Assembly (NCBI GenBank): GCA_023227985.1
Contig: JALOCB010000006.1
Span: 2,631-66,630 of the forward strand
DNA: 64,000 bases
Direction of reading: 5' to 3'
Source: Candidatus Omnitrophota bacterium
GTDB lineage: Bacteria; Omnitrophota; Gorgyraeia; Gygaellales; Profunditerraquicolaceae
Both the position numbers and the translations under genes were made by a program. Shown in pieces: positions 46,990 to 56,530 of this stretch. Below the pieces are notes generated by a model. It worked only from the letters and a program-made list of their open reading frames with translations. It had not been told where the DNA came from and made no database searches. Each line of letters begins with the position of its first letter. Positions within the stretch are counted from its first letter, which is position 1.

Positions 46990-48219
46990 TTATTTAAGAA
47001 GCTTCTTGGCTTCCTTGATCATCTTCTCGGCTTTTTTCTCGCCTATTCCTTTTACCTGGGTAAGGTCTTTTACTTCAGCCTTGGCGATATCTGCCAGGGA
47101 CTTGAAACCCGCCTCTTTAAGCAACTCCCGGGTCTTTTCTCCCACGCCGGATAATTCCTCTAAAGAAGGGGCTTTATCCGTTCCCTTTTCTTCCTTGTCT
47201 GACTCAGCCTTGACTGCAACGGCCTCCGCTGCGGCCGCTTCTTTATTCCTGGCGTCTTGCGCCGCTGCCGCTGCCTCCAAAGAAGCTTTAGTCCGCACAT
47301 CCAGCTCCCAACCCACCAGTTTCGAGGCGAGCCGGACATTCTGCCCGTGTTTTCCGATAGCCAGAGAAAGCTGATCGTCAGCCACGGTTATTTCGACGCG
47401 CTTGGTCTCTTTATCCAGCTTCATCTCGCCCACTTCAGCGGGCAAAAGAGCGGCCTTGATATATTCCCGGATGTCTTCGCTGTAACGGACAATATCGATC
47501 TTCTCGCCGGAAAGCTCGTTGACTATATTCTTGACCCGGCCTCCGCGCATACCCACGCAGGCGCCGACCGAATCCACCTTATCGTCCTTGGACCAGACAG
47601 CTATCTTGGTCCTTTCCCCTGCCTGGCGCGAGATAGCTTTGATCTCGACGATCCCCTCGTATATCTCCGGGACCTCCAGCTCAAAAAGCTTTTTCACGAA
47701 ATTCGGGTGTTTGCGCGATAATATTATCTGCGGGCCGCGGTTCTCTTTCTTGACCTCCGCGACAAAAGCGCGGATACGCTGTCCCTGCTTGAATTCCTCT
47801 TTCGGCGACTGCTCGCTCTTTAAGAGAAGGCCTTCGGCCTTGCCTAAAAGGTCGATCACGATATTGCCTTTCTCAAAACGGTAAACCGTGCCGCTGATGA
47901 TCTCCCCGACCTTGCCCTGGAATTCCCCATAGACAACGTCCTTCTCCGCTTCGCGGATCTTCTGAATGATCACCTGGCGCGCCGCGCTCGCGGCAATCCT
48001 TCCGAAATCCTTAAGGGTGATCTCTTCGGTATTCTTGAACACGCGGATCTCCCCGGAAACAGGTTCCAGGACCACCTTAAGCTCTTCATTAAGCTTCACG
48101 TCTACATTACGGCGCACCGCACTCAAAAGGGCCGTTTCCACAGCCACGATCAAAACTTCTTTTTTTATCCCTTTTTCACGTTCAATCTGCTCTATTATAG
48201 CGATCAATTCTTTACTCAT
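46990..48219 (-). CDS. nusA: Transcription termination/antitermination factor NusA
   Basis: N-terminal domain, S1 domain and two KH domains. An acidic C-terminal region carries helix-hairpin-helix motifs. Confidence 0.93.
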   Translation of the reverse strand: MSKELIAIIEQIEREKGIKKEVLIVAVETALLSAVRRNVDVKLNEELKVVLEPVSGEIRVFKNTEEITLKDFGRIAASAARQVIIQKIREAEKDVVYGEFQGKVGEIISGTVYRFEKGNIVIDLLGKAEGLLLKSEQSPKEEFKQGQRIRAFVAEVKKENRGPQIILSRKHPNFVKKLFELEVPEIYEGIVEIKAISRQAGERTKIAVWSKDDKVDSVGACVGMRGGRVKNIVNELSGEKIDIVRYSEDIREYIKAALLPAEVGEMKLDKETKRVEITVADDQLSLAIGKHGQNVRLASKLVGWELDVRTKASLEAAAAAQDARNKEAAAAEAVAVKAESDKEEKGTDKAPSLEELSGVGEKTRELLKEAGFKSLADIAKAEVKDLTQVKGIGEKKAEKMIKEAKKLLK

Positions 48220-48278
48220 TTAATTTCCTCATCTCTTGCAAATCCGGGCCTTAGAACTCCTTGTCCGTAAACAAGTTG

Positions 48279-48293
48279 CAAGACCCGGTCTCG
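48279..48293. repeat. Palindrome-like CAAGACCCGGTCTCG, copy 4 (one mismatch)
   Basis: Lies in the rimP-nusA intergenic gap. It shares the GTTGCAAGACC 5' context with copy 3. Confidence 0.55.
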
Positions 48294-48295
48294 GT

Positions 48296-48760
48296 TTATT
48301 CAAGGATACGCCTGGCTTTGTTAATTTTAGCCAGGGGTATCCGGACAGCCTCTTCTTTTACCGTCAGGATATCCACTGCTTCAGGATCAGCCTGGCGCAC
48401 AACCCCATCGTGCTCTATTTTACCATTAACCGGCTCAGATAGAAAGAACTTTACTTTTTTATTTACAACCCGGCAAAAATCCGCTGTTGTACGCAAAACC
48501 CGGTCCAAACCCGGAGAACTCACCTCCAGGACAAAGCTCTCTTTTATCAGATCGCCCTCTTCCAGGATCCTTCCTAACGCCCGGTTGGCCTCGGCGCATT
48601 CATCCATATTTATCCCGCCTTCAGGCTTATCCGCGAAGACGCGCAAAGCCAGTTTCGGGCCTTCATAGCGGCAGATCAATTCCACCAGATCAAATCCAAG
48701 GGACTCCAGCCTTTCCCGGATAATTTTTTCCAGATCAGCCGCTATCTCAAGCTTGCCCAA
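48296..48760 (-). CDS. rimP: Ribosome maturation factor RimP
   Basis: 154 aa. The conserved rimP-nusA-infB gene order is kept. N-terminal RimP fold motifs are present. Confidence 0.8.
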   Translation of the reverse strand: MGKLEIAADLEKIIRERLESLGFDLVELICRYEGPKLALRVFADKPEGGINMDECAEANRALGRILEEGDLIKESFVLEVSSPGLDRVLRTTADFCRVVNKKVKFFLSEPVNGKIEHDGVVRQADPEAVDILTVKEEAVRIPLAKINKARRILE

Positions 48761-50002
48761 TTATTCCACCCCAAAAAGCTTGAGGATGTTTTCCGGTGTA
48801 TCGATAATCTTATCCTGGCCCCTGCGGTCCTTCAATTCGACCATCCCTTTTTTCACGAATTCTTTTCCGACAATGATCTGCTTCGGTATGCCCACCAGGT
48901 CAGCGTCCTTGAATTTCACGCCTGCCCGCTCATCGCGGTCATCCAGGAGCACGCTTTTTCCCTTGCTGCCCAGCGCATCGTAAAGCTTGCGGGCCTGGTT
49001 CAGTATATTCTCGTCGGTAACATCCAAAGGCGCCACTATGATATCATACGGGGTTACTTCATCCGGCCAGATGATCCCGTTCTGATCATGATTCTGCTCG
49101 ATTATCGTGGAGATCAGCCGCGAAACGCCGATCCCGTAGCAGCCCATGATCAAAGGATTAAGGCTGCCCTTGGCGTCCAGAAAATTCGCGCCCAATGCCG
49201 CGCTGTATTTGGTCCCTAATTTAAAAATATGGCCGACCTCGATAGTATTCACTCTTTCGGATTTCGCTTTGCATTTCGGGCAGGCGTCCGCTGCGCCTTC
49301 TTTATAAGGGAACGCGGTTTTACAATCCGGGCAGACAAAGACCAGGTCCTCGCCGCAGGATGCCGGAACCATGAACTCATGCGAGACATTGCCTCCCATC
49401 ACCCCGGAATCCGCTTCCACCGCCAGGCAATCAAGCCCGCAGCTTTTGAAAATATTCTTGTAAGCGCTAAACATCGCCTGATAACTTTTTTCCAGGCCAT
49501 CCTCGTCCTGGTCAAAGCTGTACGCGTCTTTCATAATGAACTCGCAGGCCCTAACCAGGCCGAATCGCGGCCGCAGCTCATCCCGGAACTTTGTCTGTAT
49601 CTGATAAAGCGTGAGCGGCAATTGCTTATAGCTGGAGATATGGTTCTTAGCCAGGTCGGTAATGATCTCCTCGTGCGTGGGGCCAAGGCAGACATTCCGT
49701 CCCCTGCGGTCGGTAAACCGGATCATTACCTCGCCTATAGTCTTATCCCTTCCTGTCTTGACCCACAGGTCCAACGGCTGAAGCGCGGGCAAAAGCAATT
49801 CATTAGCGCCGGCGGCGTTCATTTCCCGGCGGATTATCCCCTCTATATTCTTAAGCACCTTAAGCCCCAGGGGAAGATAAGAATATGCCCCGGCCATAAG
49901 CATGCGGGCAAGCCCGGCCCTTAGCATCAACTGATGGCTGACTGATTCCGCTTCCTGCGGCGCCTCTTTTAATGTCGGGATGAACGATCTTGACCAGTAC
50001 AT
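48761..50002 (-). CDS. proS: Prolyl-tRNA synthetase, short bacterial form lacking the INS editing domain and carrying a zinc-ribbon-like insertion
   Basis: Class II motifs are present. The anticodon-binding domain lies at the C-terminus. At 413 aa there is no room for the INS domain. The insertion CPDC...(13 aa)...CPKC lies at aa 224-244. Confidence 0.8.
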   Translation of the reverse strand: MYWSRSFIPTLKEAPQEAESVSHQLMLRAGLARMLMAGAYSYLPLGLKVLKNIEGIIRREMNAAGANELLLPALQPLDLWVKTGRDKTIGEVMIRFTDRRGRNVCLGPTHEEIITDLAKNHISSYKQLPLTLYQIQTKFRDELRPRFGLVRACEFIMKDAYSFDQDEDGLEKSYQAMFSAYKNIFKSCGLDCLAVEADSGVMGGNVSHEFMVPASCGEDLVFVCPDCKTAFPYKEGAADACPKCKAKSERVNTIEVGHIFKLGTKYSAALGANFLDAKGSLNPLIMGCYGIGVSRLISTIIEQNHDQNGIIWPDEVTPYDIIVAPLDVTDENILNQARKLYDALGSKGKSVLLDDRDERAGVKFKDADLVGIPKQIIVGKEFVKKGMVELKDRRGQDKIIDTPENILKLFGVE

Positions 50003-50017
50003 TATGATTACTCCCTG

Positions 50018-51103
50018 TTAAAATTTATTTATCTCGTCGAGCAGCGCGTCCACGCATTTTTTCGCCGGGATCTTGCGCATCGGCTTGCCCTTTTTAAAGA
50101 ACAATCCGTCTTTCCTGCCGAAGGCGATGCCCAAGTCGGCGTGCTTCGCTTCTCCCGGCCCGTTGACCACGCAGCCCATCACCGCGACTGTAATTGGTTT
50201 GGCCGGAAGTTGCGGCGCAGAAGCGCGCACTTGGCCATCCAATCGGCAAAGGTGACCGCCGTATGCGAAAAGTTTCCGTTCCAGTTCCTTGACCATCCTT
50301 ACCAGGTCCACCTCGCACCTGCCGCAGGTAGGACAGCTGATCACTTCCGGGCCGAACCTTCTCAAACCCAAAGACTCCAGCAACAACCTGGCTGACTTTA
50401 CCTCTTCCTCGGGTTTATCGGTGAGGGATATCCTTATTGTATCACCGATCCCCTCCAATAGCAAAGCCCCGATAGCCACAGCCGACTTCAACAACCCCTT
50501 AGCGGCCAGACCGGTGGCAGTCACGCCCAGATGCAAAGGATAACCGCAGGCAGCAGATATCAAGCGATACGCCTTTATGGTATCAGCGGGGTTCTGGGCC
50601 TTTGCCGAGACGACGATATCCCGAAAACCGAACCCTTCCAACATGCCCAGATATTCCCTGGCGTATTTGGCCATCCTGGACGCCTGATCGCCAGAGCCGC
50701 CCACTGACCCGGAATTCAACCCCACGCGGATGGGGATGCCGGCTGACTTTGCCGCGCTGGCCACTGCCTTGATCTGTTCTTTCTTTCGGATATTGCCGGG
50801 ATTAAGCCGTATCTTGTCCGCGCCGCTGTCTATCGCCGATAACGCCAGGCGCCAGTCAAAATGTATATCCGCCACCAAAGGTATATGTATATTTTTCTTT
50901 ATCCGGCTGATCGCCAAGGCGTCATACCGGTCTTTTACCGCTACCCGGATAATCTCGCATCCCGCTTTTTCCAACCTTAGTATCTGCCTCACTGTGGCAG
51001 GGACATCGGCAGTCCTGGTTTTAGCCATAGACTGTATGGCCACCGGATTATTCCCGCCGATCCTGACATTGCCTATTTTTATTTCCCGGGTCTTTCTGCG
51101 CAT
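50018..51103 (-). CDS. ispG: 4-hydroxy-3-methylbut-2-en-1-yl diphosphate synthase
   Basis: TIM-barrel. C-terminal 4Fe-4S cysteines are CPTCGRC...GCVVNGPGE. Confidence 0.92.
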   Translation of the reverse strand: MRRKTREIKIGNVRIGGNNPVAIQSMAKTRTADVPATVRQILRLEKAGCEIIRVAVKDRYDALAISRIKKNIHIPLVADIHFDWRLALSAIDSGADKIRLNPGNIRKKEQIKAVASAAKSAGIPIRVGLNSGSVGGSGDQASRMAKYAREYLGMLEGFGFRDIVVSAKAQNPADTIKAYRLISAACGYPLHLGVTATGLAAKGLLKSAVAIGALLLEGIGDTIRISLTDKPEEEVKSARLLLESLGLRRFGPEVISCPTCGRCEVDLVRMVKELERKLFAYGGHLCRLDGQVRASAPQLPAKPITVAVMGCVVNGPGEAKHADLGIAFGRKDGLFFKKGKPMRKIPAKKCVDALLDEINKF

Positions 51104-51114
51104 CGCTTAGTATC

Positions 51115-52203
51115 CTATCTTATAAAGAATTTAGCCGCTTTATCGATAAAACCGAATTTTACCAGATCATTCACAAAGACCAAAGCCGCCAGCAGGATAA
51201 TAAAGCTGAAACCCACCTGATTAAATATATTTTCGGATCTTTTGCTCAGGTATCTCCCGCGGGCCTTTTCCAATCCCAGCAACACCAGATGTCCGCCGTC
51301 CAAAGCCGGCAAAGGCAAAAGGTTGAATATCCCCAAGCTTATGCTCAATAACGCCATAAAATTCATCACCGCGACCACTCCCAGCTTAGCCACCTCCGAG
51401 GTCACAAAGAACATCCCCAAAGGCCCGGTCACCGAGTCTTTCATCGATATCTTCTGGGTGAGCATCAGCCAGAACGCCTTATAAGTCAATACGGTAAGCT
51501 CCCCGGTCTTCTCAACAGCCTTCGGCAAAGAGCGGAATAAGCCGTATCTTACCTTTATACTCTCGTCCATCTTGGGCTTTATGCCGATCAGGCCGACACT
51601 GCGTTTCTGGCCGAGGATATCGGAGAGCTCATTATTCTGTATCTTCACCTGGAACTTATACTCCTTGTCCTGCCGCAATACAGTCACCTCTATCGATTCC
51701 TGGGATTTCTGGGCCTGGATGCTCTTTTGCAGCTCTTCCCAGAGAGTGACCTTCGTACCTTCGACAGCGATGATCTTATCGCCTATTTGTATGCCTGCCT
51801 GCTGCGCGCCCATACCATCCAAAAGCCCTCCCACCTTGGCGGTAAGGCTGGGATATCCGGCTGCAAATATAACCCAGAAAAATAAGATGCCCAAAAGGTA
51901 GTTAAGCGCCGGCCCGGCGAATATTATCCAGAACCTGCGCGATACCGGCTTAGAAAGGTATTCATCGGCCTTGCCTTTATATTCGTCGAGATTATCCCCG
52001 GCCAGTTTGACGTATCCTCCCAAAGGTACGGCGCAGACCATATATTCGGTTTGTTTGCCTTTGTAAGACGCCAGCTTCGGCCCGAATCCCAGGGAAAAAG
52101 TCTCCACCCTCACCCCTGCCTTGCGGGCGGCTATAAAATGGCCGAACTCATGGACCATTACCAGGACACTCAATATCGCTATGAAAAGCATCAATGAAAA
52201 CAT
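51115..52203 (-). CDS. rseP: RIP site-2 zinc metalloprotease RseP
   Basis: HEFGH lies in the first TM helix. A PDZ domain is present. The C-terminal TM carries LDGGH. Confidence 0.9.
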   Translation of the reverse strand: MFSLMLFIAILSVLVMVHEFGHFIAARKAGVRVETFSLGFGPKLASYKGKQTEYMVCAVPLGGYVKLAGDNLDEYKGKADEYLSKPVSRRFWIIFAGPALNYLLGILFFWVIFAAGYPSLTAKVGGLLDGMGAQQAGIQIGDKIIAVEGTKVTLWEELQKSIQAQKSQESIEVTVLRQDKEYKFQVKIQNNELSDILGQKRSVGLIGIKPKMDESIKVRYGLFRSLPKAVEKTGELTVLTYKAFWLMLTQKISMKDSVTGPLGMFFVTSEVAKLGVVAVMNFMALLSISLGIFNLLPLPALDGGHLVLLGLEKARGRYLSKRSENIFNQVGFSFIILLAALVFVNDLVKFGFIDKAAKFFIR

Positions 52204-52204
52204 A

Positions 52205-53368
52205 CTATCCGGCCTTCCTTAATTTACCGGCTATCTCCAGGCTTATCCTCCTGGCCCAGTCCGAGCTATCCAGGATATCTTCAATACCGGGATCGCTTAT
52301 GCCTTTATGCCGGGTAAGAACACGCCCCACAACCTCCGGAATAGAAATAAAATCCATCTTCCCTTTAAGAAACTCCTCCACCGCCGCCTCATTCGCCGCG
52401 TTCAATACGCAGGGATATGTCCCGGACTTGCGGGCCGCCTGATACGCCATCCTTAAACAAGGGAATCCCCGCGTATCCGGCTCGCTAAAATTCAAGCTCC
52501 CGGTCTTTATCAGGTCCAGTCCGGGCAGGCCGCTATTCAGCCTGTCGGGATATGAAAGCGCGTATTGGATAGGGATACGCATATCCGTTATCGACAACTG
52601 GGCCATGACCACGCCGTCAACGAACTCCACCATCGAATGGATTATCGATTCAGGATGAATTACTACTTTTATCTTATCCGCGCCAACCCCGAATAAAGCC
52701 ATCGCCTCCAGGACCTCCAGTCCTTTATTCATCAGCGTCGCGGAGTCCACGGTTATCTTCCTGCCCATCTTCCACCGCGGATGGCTCAATGCCTGCTTCA
52801 GAGTGATCTTTTTCATCCGGCTGCGGTCAAACCCCAAAAACGGCCCGCCGGAAGCGGTCAGGTATATCCGCCGCAATTTGGCAATATCCCCGCCTTCCAG
52901 GCACTGCCATATCGCCGACTGCTCGCTGTCGATCGGGATGATCCGCACCCCGTACTTTTCCGCCCTTTTACGGACGATCCCCCCGGCCATAACCAGGGCT
53001 TCTTTATTGGCTGTAGCCACTTCTTTTTTATTGTCGATCGCCGACAATAACGGGCGCAGCGCAGCGGAACCGCTGATCGCCAAGACCACCATATCCACGT
53101 CCCGGGACTTACAGATATGCTCAACGCCCTGCGGGCCGCATAGAACTTTTACCCTGGTTCCAGCGACTTTACGCAGTTGGGCGGCCTTGCCGGGGTCATT
53201 AACGCAGACCTGTTGCGGCCGGAACTCCTTTATCTGGCGGACAAGGTCCGCGGTATTATTATTCACGCTTAAGGCCGCGGCCGAGAACTTATCCGGAAAA
53301 GCCCGGATAATATTCAAGGTATTGCGGCCTATGGAGCCGGTCGAGCCTAATACAGCTATCCTTTTCAT
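52205..53368 (-). CDS. dxr: 1-deoxy-D-xylulose-5-phosphate reductoisomerase
   Basis: LGSTGSIG is the NADPH-binding motif. Full-length Dxr resemblance. Confidence 0.93.
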   Translation of the reverse strand: MKRIAVLGSTGSIGRNTLNIIRAFPDKFSAAALSVNNNTADLVRQIKEFRPQQVCVNDPGKAAQLRKVAGTRVKVLCGPQGVEHICKSRDVDMVVLAISGSAALRPLLSAIDNKKEVATANKEALVMAGGIVRKRAEKYGVRIIPIDSEQSAIWQCLEGGDIAKLRRIYLTASGGPFLGFDRSRMKKITLKQALSHPRWKMGRKITVDSATLMNKGLEVLEAMALFGVGADKIKVVIHPESIIHSMVEFVDGVVMAQLSITDMRIPIQYALSYPDRLNSGLPGLDLIKTGSLNFSEPDTRGFPCLRMAYQAARKSGTYPCVLNAANEAAVEEFLKGKMDFISIPEVVGRVLTRHKGISDPGIEDILDSSDWARRISLEIAGKLRKAG

Positions 53369-53372
53369 CCGT

Positions 53373-54173
53373 CTAAAAATGTTTTAATACGATATTTATA
53401 TAGAAGTAAAACACCGGGGCGGTAAAAAGCAGGCTGTCGATCAGATCCAGGACACCTCCCATTCCCGGGATCGTGCCCGCGGAATCCTTGACCTGGCAAT
53501 CCCTTTTCATCAGCGACTCGGAAAGGTCTCCCAACTGTCCCAATATATTCAGGAACACCCCGATCAACAGCATATCCCAGTATGAAAAAGGCAGCATCGA
53601 CTTACAGACCAACGCGCCCAGTATGCTGAAAACCATACCGCCGACCGCCCCTTCAACCGATTTCTTGGGGCTGATCCTGGGCATCAACGGCGTCCTGCCG
53701 AAACGAGAACCGACCAGGTATGCCCCGATATCCCCCAGCTTCGTTACCGCCAGGACAGTGACAAGCAGGCCTATGCCGTCGGGCAAAAGGCGGATCTTGA
53801 TCAAAAAGCTCAAGAACCATGAAACATAAAGTATCCCGAAAAGAGTGGTGGAGATCCCCACTACCGCCCCGGAATTCTGGCGGCGCTTTAACTGCATTAT
53901 GATCAGGAACAACAAAGCCAGGACAATGAACGACAACTCCCATTTCCTGGTAAGCTCGAAACGAAAGATGATCGAGAAAGGGATGATCGCGCCCATGCCG
54001 ATACCGAAATACTTGTATATGCTTATACCCTTGTTCTCCAGCATGGTATAAAACTCATACAGGCCCAGGACAGTAAGGGTTATGATCACCGCGGTCAACA
54101 TCCATTGGTTGAATATGGCCGCGGCTACCAGGCCCGCGAGAACTATGGAACTTATTATCCTCTTGATCAACAT
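53373..54173 (-). CDS. cdsA: Phosphatidate cytidylyltransferase
   Basis: Polytopic membrane protein with the C-terminal CTP-transferase signature region. Confidence 0.85.
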   Translation of the reverse strand: MLIKRIISSIVLAGLVAAAIFNQWMLTAVIITLTVLGLYEFYTMLENKGISIYKYFGIGMGAIIPFSIIFRFELTRKWELSFIVLALLFLIIMQLKRRQNSGAVVGISTTLFGILYVSWFLSFLIKIRLLPDGIGLLVTVLAVTKLGDIGAYLVGSRFGRTPLMPRISPKKSVEGAVGGMVFSILGALVCKSMLPFSYWDMLLIGVFLNILGQLGDLSESLMKRDCQVKDSAGTIPGMGGVLDLIDSLLFTAPVFYFYINIVLKHF

Positions 54174-54203
54174 ACAAACCCCGATCTTGGCTTGATCATC
54201 CGG

Positions 54204-54914
54204 TCATACAGAACCGAACTTCCTCTGCCGCTTGCGGTATTCCTCTATCGCCGCCTCCAGGTCCTTCCTGCGGAAATCCGGCCAGGATTTTTTGGTAAAA
54301 TACATCTCCGCGTATGACAATTGCCACAGCAGGAAATTACTCAACCGGATCTCGCCGCTGGTGCGGACCAACAGGTCCGGATCCGGGATACCGCAGGTAT
54401 AAAGATACTCCCCGAAATTATTCTCGTCGATATCTCCCAGCTCCGCCTTGCCCTTTTTAAAAGCCTCCGCGAATTTCTTTACCCCGTCCACGATCTCCTG
54501 CCGGGAACCGTAATTCAAGGCCAGGACCAGGGTCAGCCCGGTATTATCCCGGGTCTTCTCGGCCGCCTTAGCCATCTGGTCCAGGACCTTCTGCGGCAGC
54601 GGCTTTTGCTTTCCGATGACCTTGAACCGGATATTATCCTTATGCATCCGGTTCATCTCCTTGCTCAGGAAACTCTCGAAATAACGCATAAGCATGTCCA
54701 CTTCGGGCTTTGGGCGCGACCAGTTCTCAGTGGAAAACGCGTACAGGGTCAGAAATCCCACGCCCAGGTCATTGCAGGCATTAACGATATCCTTGACCCG
54801 AAACGCCCCTTCGCGATGGCCAAGGACCCTGGGCAGCTTCCTGGCCTGCGCCCAGCGGCCATTGCCGTCCATTATGATCGCGATATGCCGCGGGATATCT
54901 CTTTCTTTAGTCAT
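54204..54914 (-). CDS. uppS: Undecaprenyl diphosphate synthase (cis-IPPS)
   Basis: HIAIIMDGNGRWA and ENWSRP motifs. Confidence 0.93.
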   Translation of the reverse strand: MTKERDIPRHIAIIMDGNGRWAQARKLPRVLGHREGAFRVKDIVNACNDLGVGFLTLYAFSTENWSRPKPEVDMLMRYFESFLSKEMNRMHKDNIRFKVIGKQKPLPQKVLDQMAKAAEKTRDNTGLTLVLALNYGSRQEIVDGVKKFAEAFKKGKAELGDIDENNFGEYLYTCGIPDPDLLVRTSGEIRLSNFLLWQLSYAEMYFTKKSWPDFRRKDLEAAIEEYRKRQRKFGSV

Positions 54915-54949
54915 AGCAAAGTCTGATCCGGGCTGAACGTCCGTGATCG

Positions 54950-56530
54950 TTATTTATGCACCCGGTAATCTATATCGGGGAAAATGTTGTCGCTGTATTC
55001 TATTTCGCCGAGCCATTCCTCGTCTATAGAGTTGGATCTTATATCCTCATATAGGCGCGTGAACCGCAGCAGATGCTCTTTCGTCCTTTTGACCGCGTAG
55101 CTTATATGCGTGCCTGTGCCCAGGATAAAAGCCCAATCCGAGCTCTGAGCCAGAAGCAATTCCCGCAAGGCCTGGTTCAAAGCCCTCCGGGTCAGCCCGT
55201 TTTTGTCCGGGTAACTCCTTACCAGTTCGGTCATCCTGTCCGAGGCTGTATGCAGATGCCGGTAGACCCAATCGTTAGTCCCCTGCAGCCACATCTCGCT
55301 GTAACCCTTATAACCCCAGCTCGACATAGACGGGACGATCACCTGGTTTCGCGGGTTCTCCGCGAGATACTCCGAAGGGGTGATCAAGCGTATGGTATCC
55401 TGGTCGCAGGCGATCTTCCTGATCAGAAAATCGATCCACTGCGGGCCTTCATACCACCAATGGCCGTATAACTCCGCGTCATAAGGAGAAACTATGATCG
55501 GCTTCTTACCCATAAGGTCGTAAAGATATTCAACCTGTTTCTGCCGGTTGAACATAAAATTACCGGCGTGGCTTGCCGCCGTATCCCTGGCCCAATCCGG
55601 CATATAAGGCTGTTTTTCGTTGCCCGGTCCGGTGATCCGGTAATATTTTATCCCGGTATTTATCCTTACCCCGTCAGGGTGGATATACGGCTTGATATAA
55701 TCGAACTCCAGGTCAAAACCTATGTCCCGGTAGAATTCGCGGTAATTGTAATCGCCGGGATAGCCCTCTATAGACGACCATACCTGTTTGGAAGACTCCA
55801 GGTCCCTGCCGAAACAGGCTACGCCTGTGCCCTTACAATAGACCGGGGCAAAAACCCCGTATTTCGGCCTGGGCGTGCCGTGCAATACCCCGTGCGAATC
55901 GGAAAAGAAATATTTTATCCCCGCGTTCTTGAGAAACTCGTCATGGCCCGGCATATATCCGCATTCCGGCAGCCATATGCCACGGGGTTTCCTGCCGAAT
56001 ACGCCCTCATAATGGCTCACCGCCACCCGCAGCTGCGCACGCACAGATTCCTTGCAGACATCCATAAGCGGAAAATACCCGTGGGTCGCCCCGCAGGTAA
56101 TGATCTCCAGCTTTCCCATATCCTGCAGGTTCTTAAAAGCCAGGACCAGGTTCTTCCGGTATTTCTCAAAGGTATCCCGGCTGCGGCAAAAATGGTTCAG
56201 GTACATTGTCGCCAGCGACTGGAACTGCGGCTGCCAGGCGGTCCTTTCAATCTCTTTATGCGACAATTCGATCAGCCTGTTTATATGCTTTGAATAGCGC
56301 TCCTGAAGGAGCGGGTCGGATAGCATCGAGATCAATGTCGGGGTCATGGATATAGTTATCCGGAAGTCGATCTTATCCTCGACCAGCTTCTCAAAAACCC
56401 AGAGCAAAGGTATATATGTTTCGGTCATTGCCTCATAGAGCCAGTCTTCCTCCAGAAAATCCTCATGCTCCGGATGCCTGACAAAAGGAAGATGGCTGTG
56501 CAGGACCAGACAAAGGTAACCTTTATTCAC
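54950..56530 (-). CDS. GH57-family 1,4-alpha-glucan branching enzyme
   Basis: 526 aa. N-terminal GH57 motifs (LVLHSHLPFV...WLPECGY) and a helical C-terminal domain typical of GH57 GlgB-type enzymes. Confidence 0.8.
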   Translation of the reverse strand: MNKGYLCLVLHSHLPFVRHPEHEDFLEEDWLYEAMTETYIPLLWVFEKLVEDKIDFRITISMTPTLISMLSDPLLQERYSKHINRLIELSHKEIERTAWQPQFQSLATMYLNHFCRSRDTFEKYRKNLVLAFKNLQDMGKLEIITCGATHGYFPLMDVCKESVRAQLRVAVSHYEGVFGRKPRGIWLPECGYMPGHDEFLKNAGIKYFFSDSHGVLHGTPRPKYGVFAPVYCKGTGVACFGRDLESSKQVWSSIEGYPGDYNYREFYRDIGFDLEFDYIKPYIHPDGVRINTGIKYYRITGPGNEKQPYMPDWARDTAASHAGNFMFNRQKQVEYLYDLMGKKPIIVSPYDAELYGHWWYEGPQWIDFLIRKIACDQDTIRLITPSEYLAENPRNQVIVPSMSSWGYKGYSEMWLQGTNDWVYRHLHTASDRMTELVRSYPDKNGLTRRALNQALRELLLAQSSDWAFILGTGTHISYAVKRTKEHLLRFTRLYEDIRSNSIDEEWLGEIEYSDNIFPDIDYRVHK

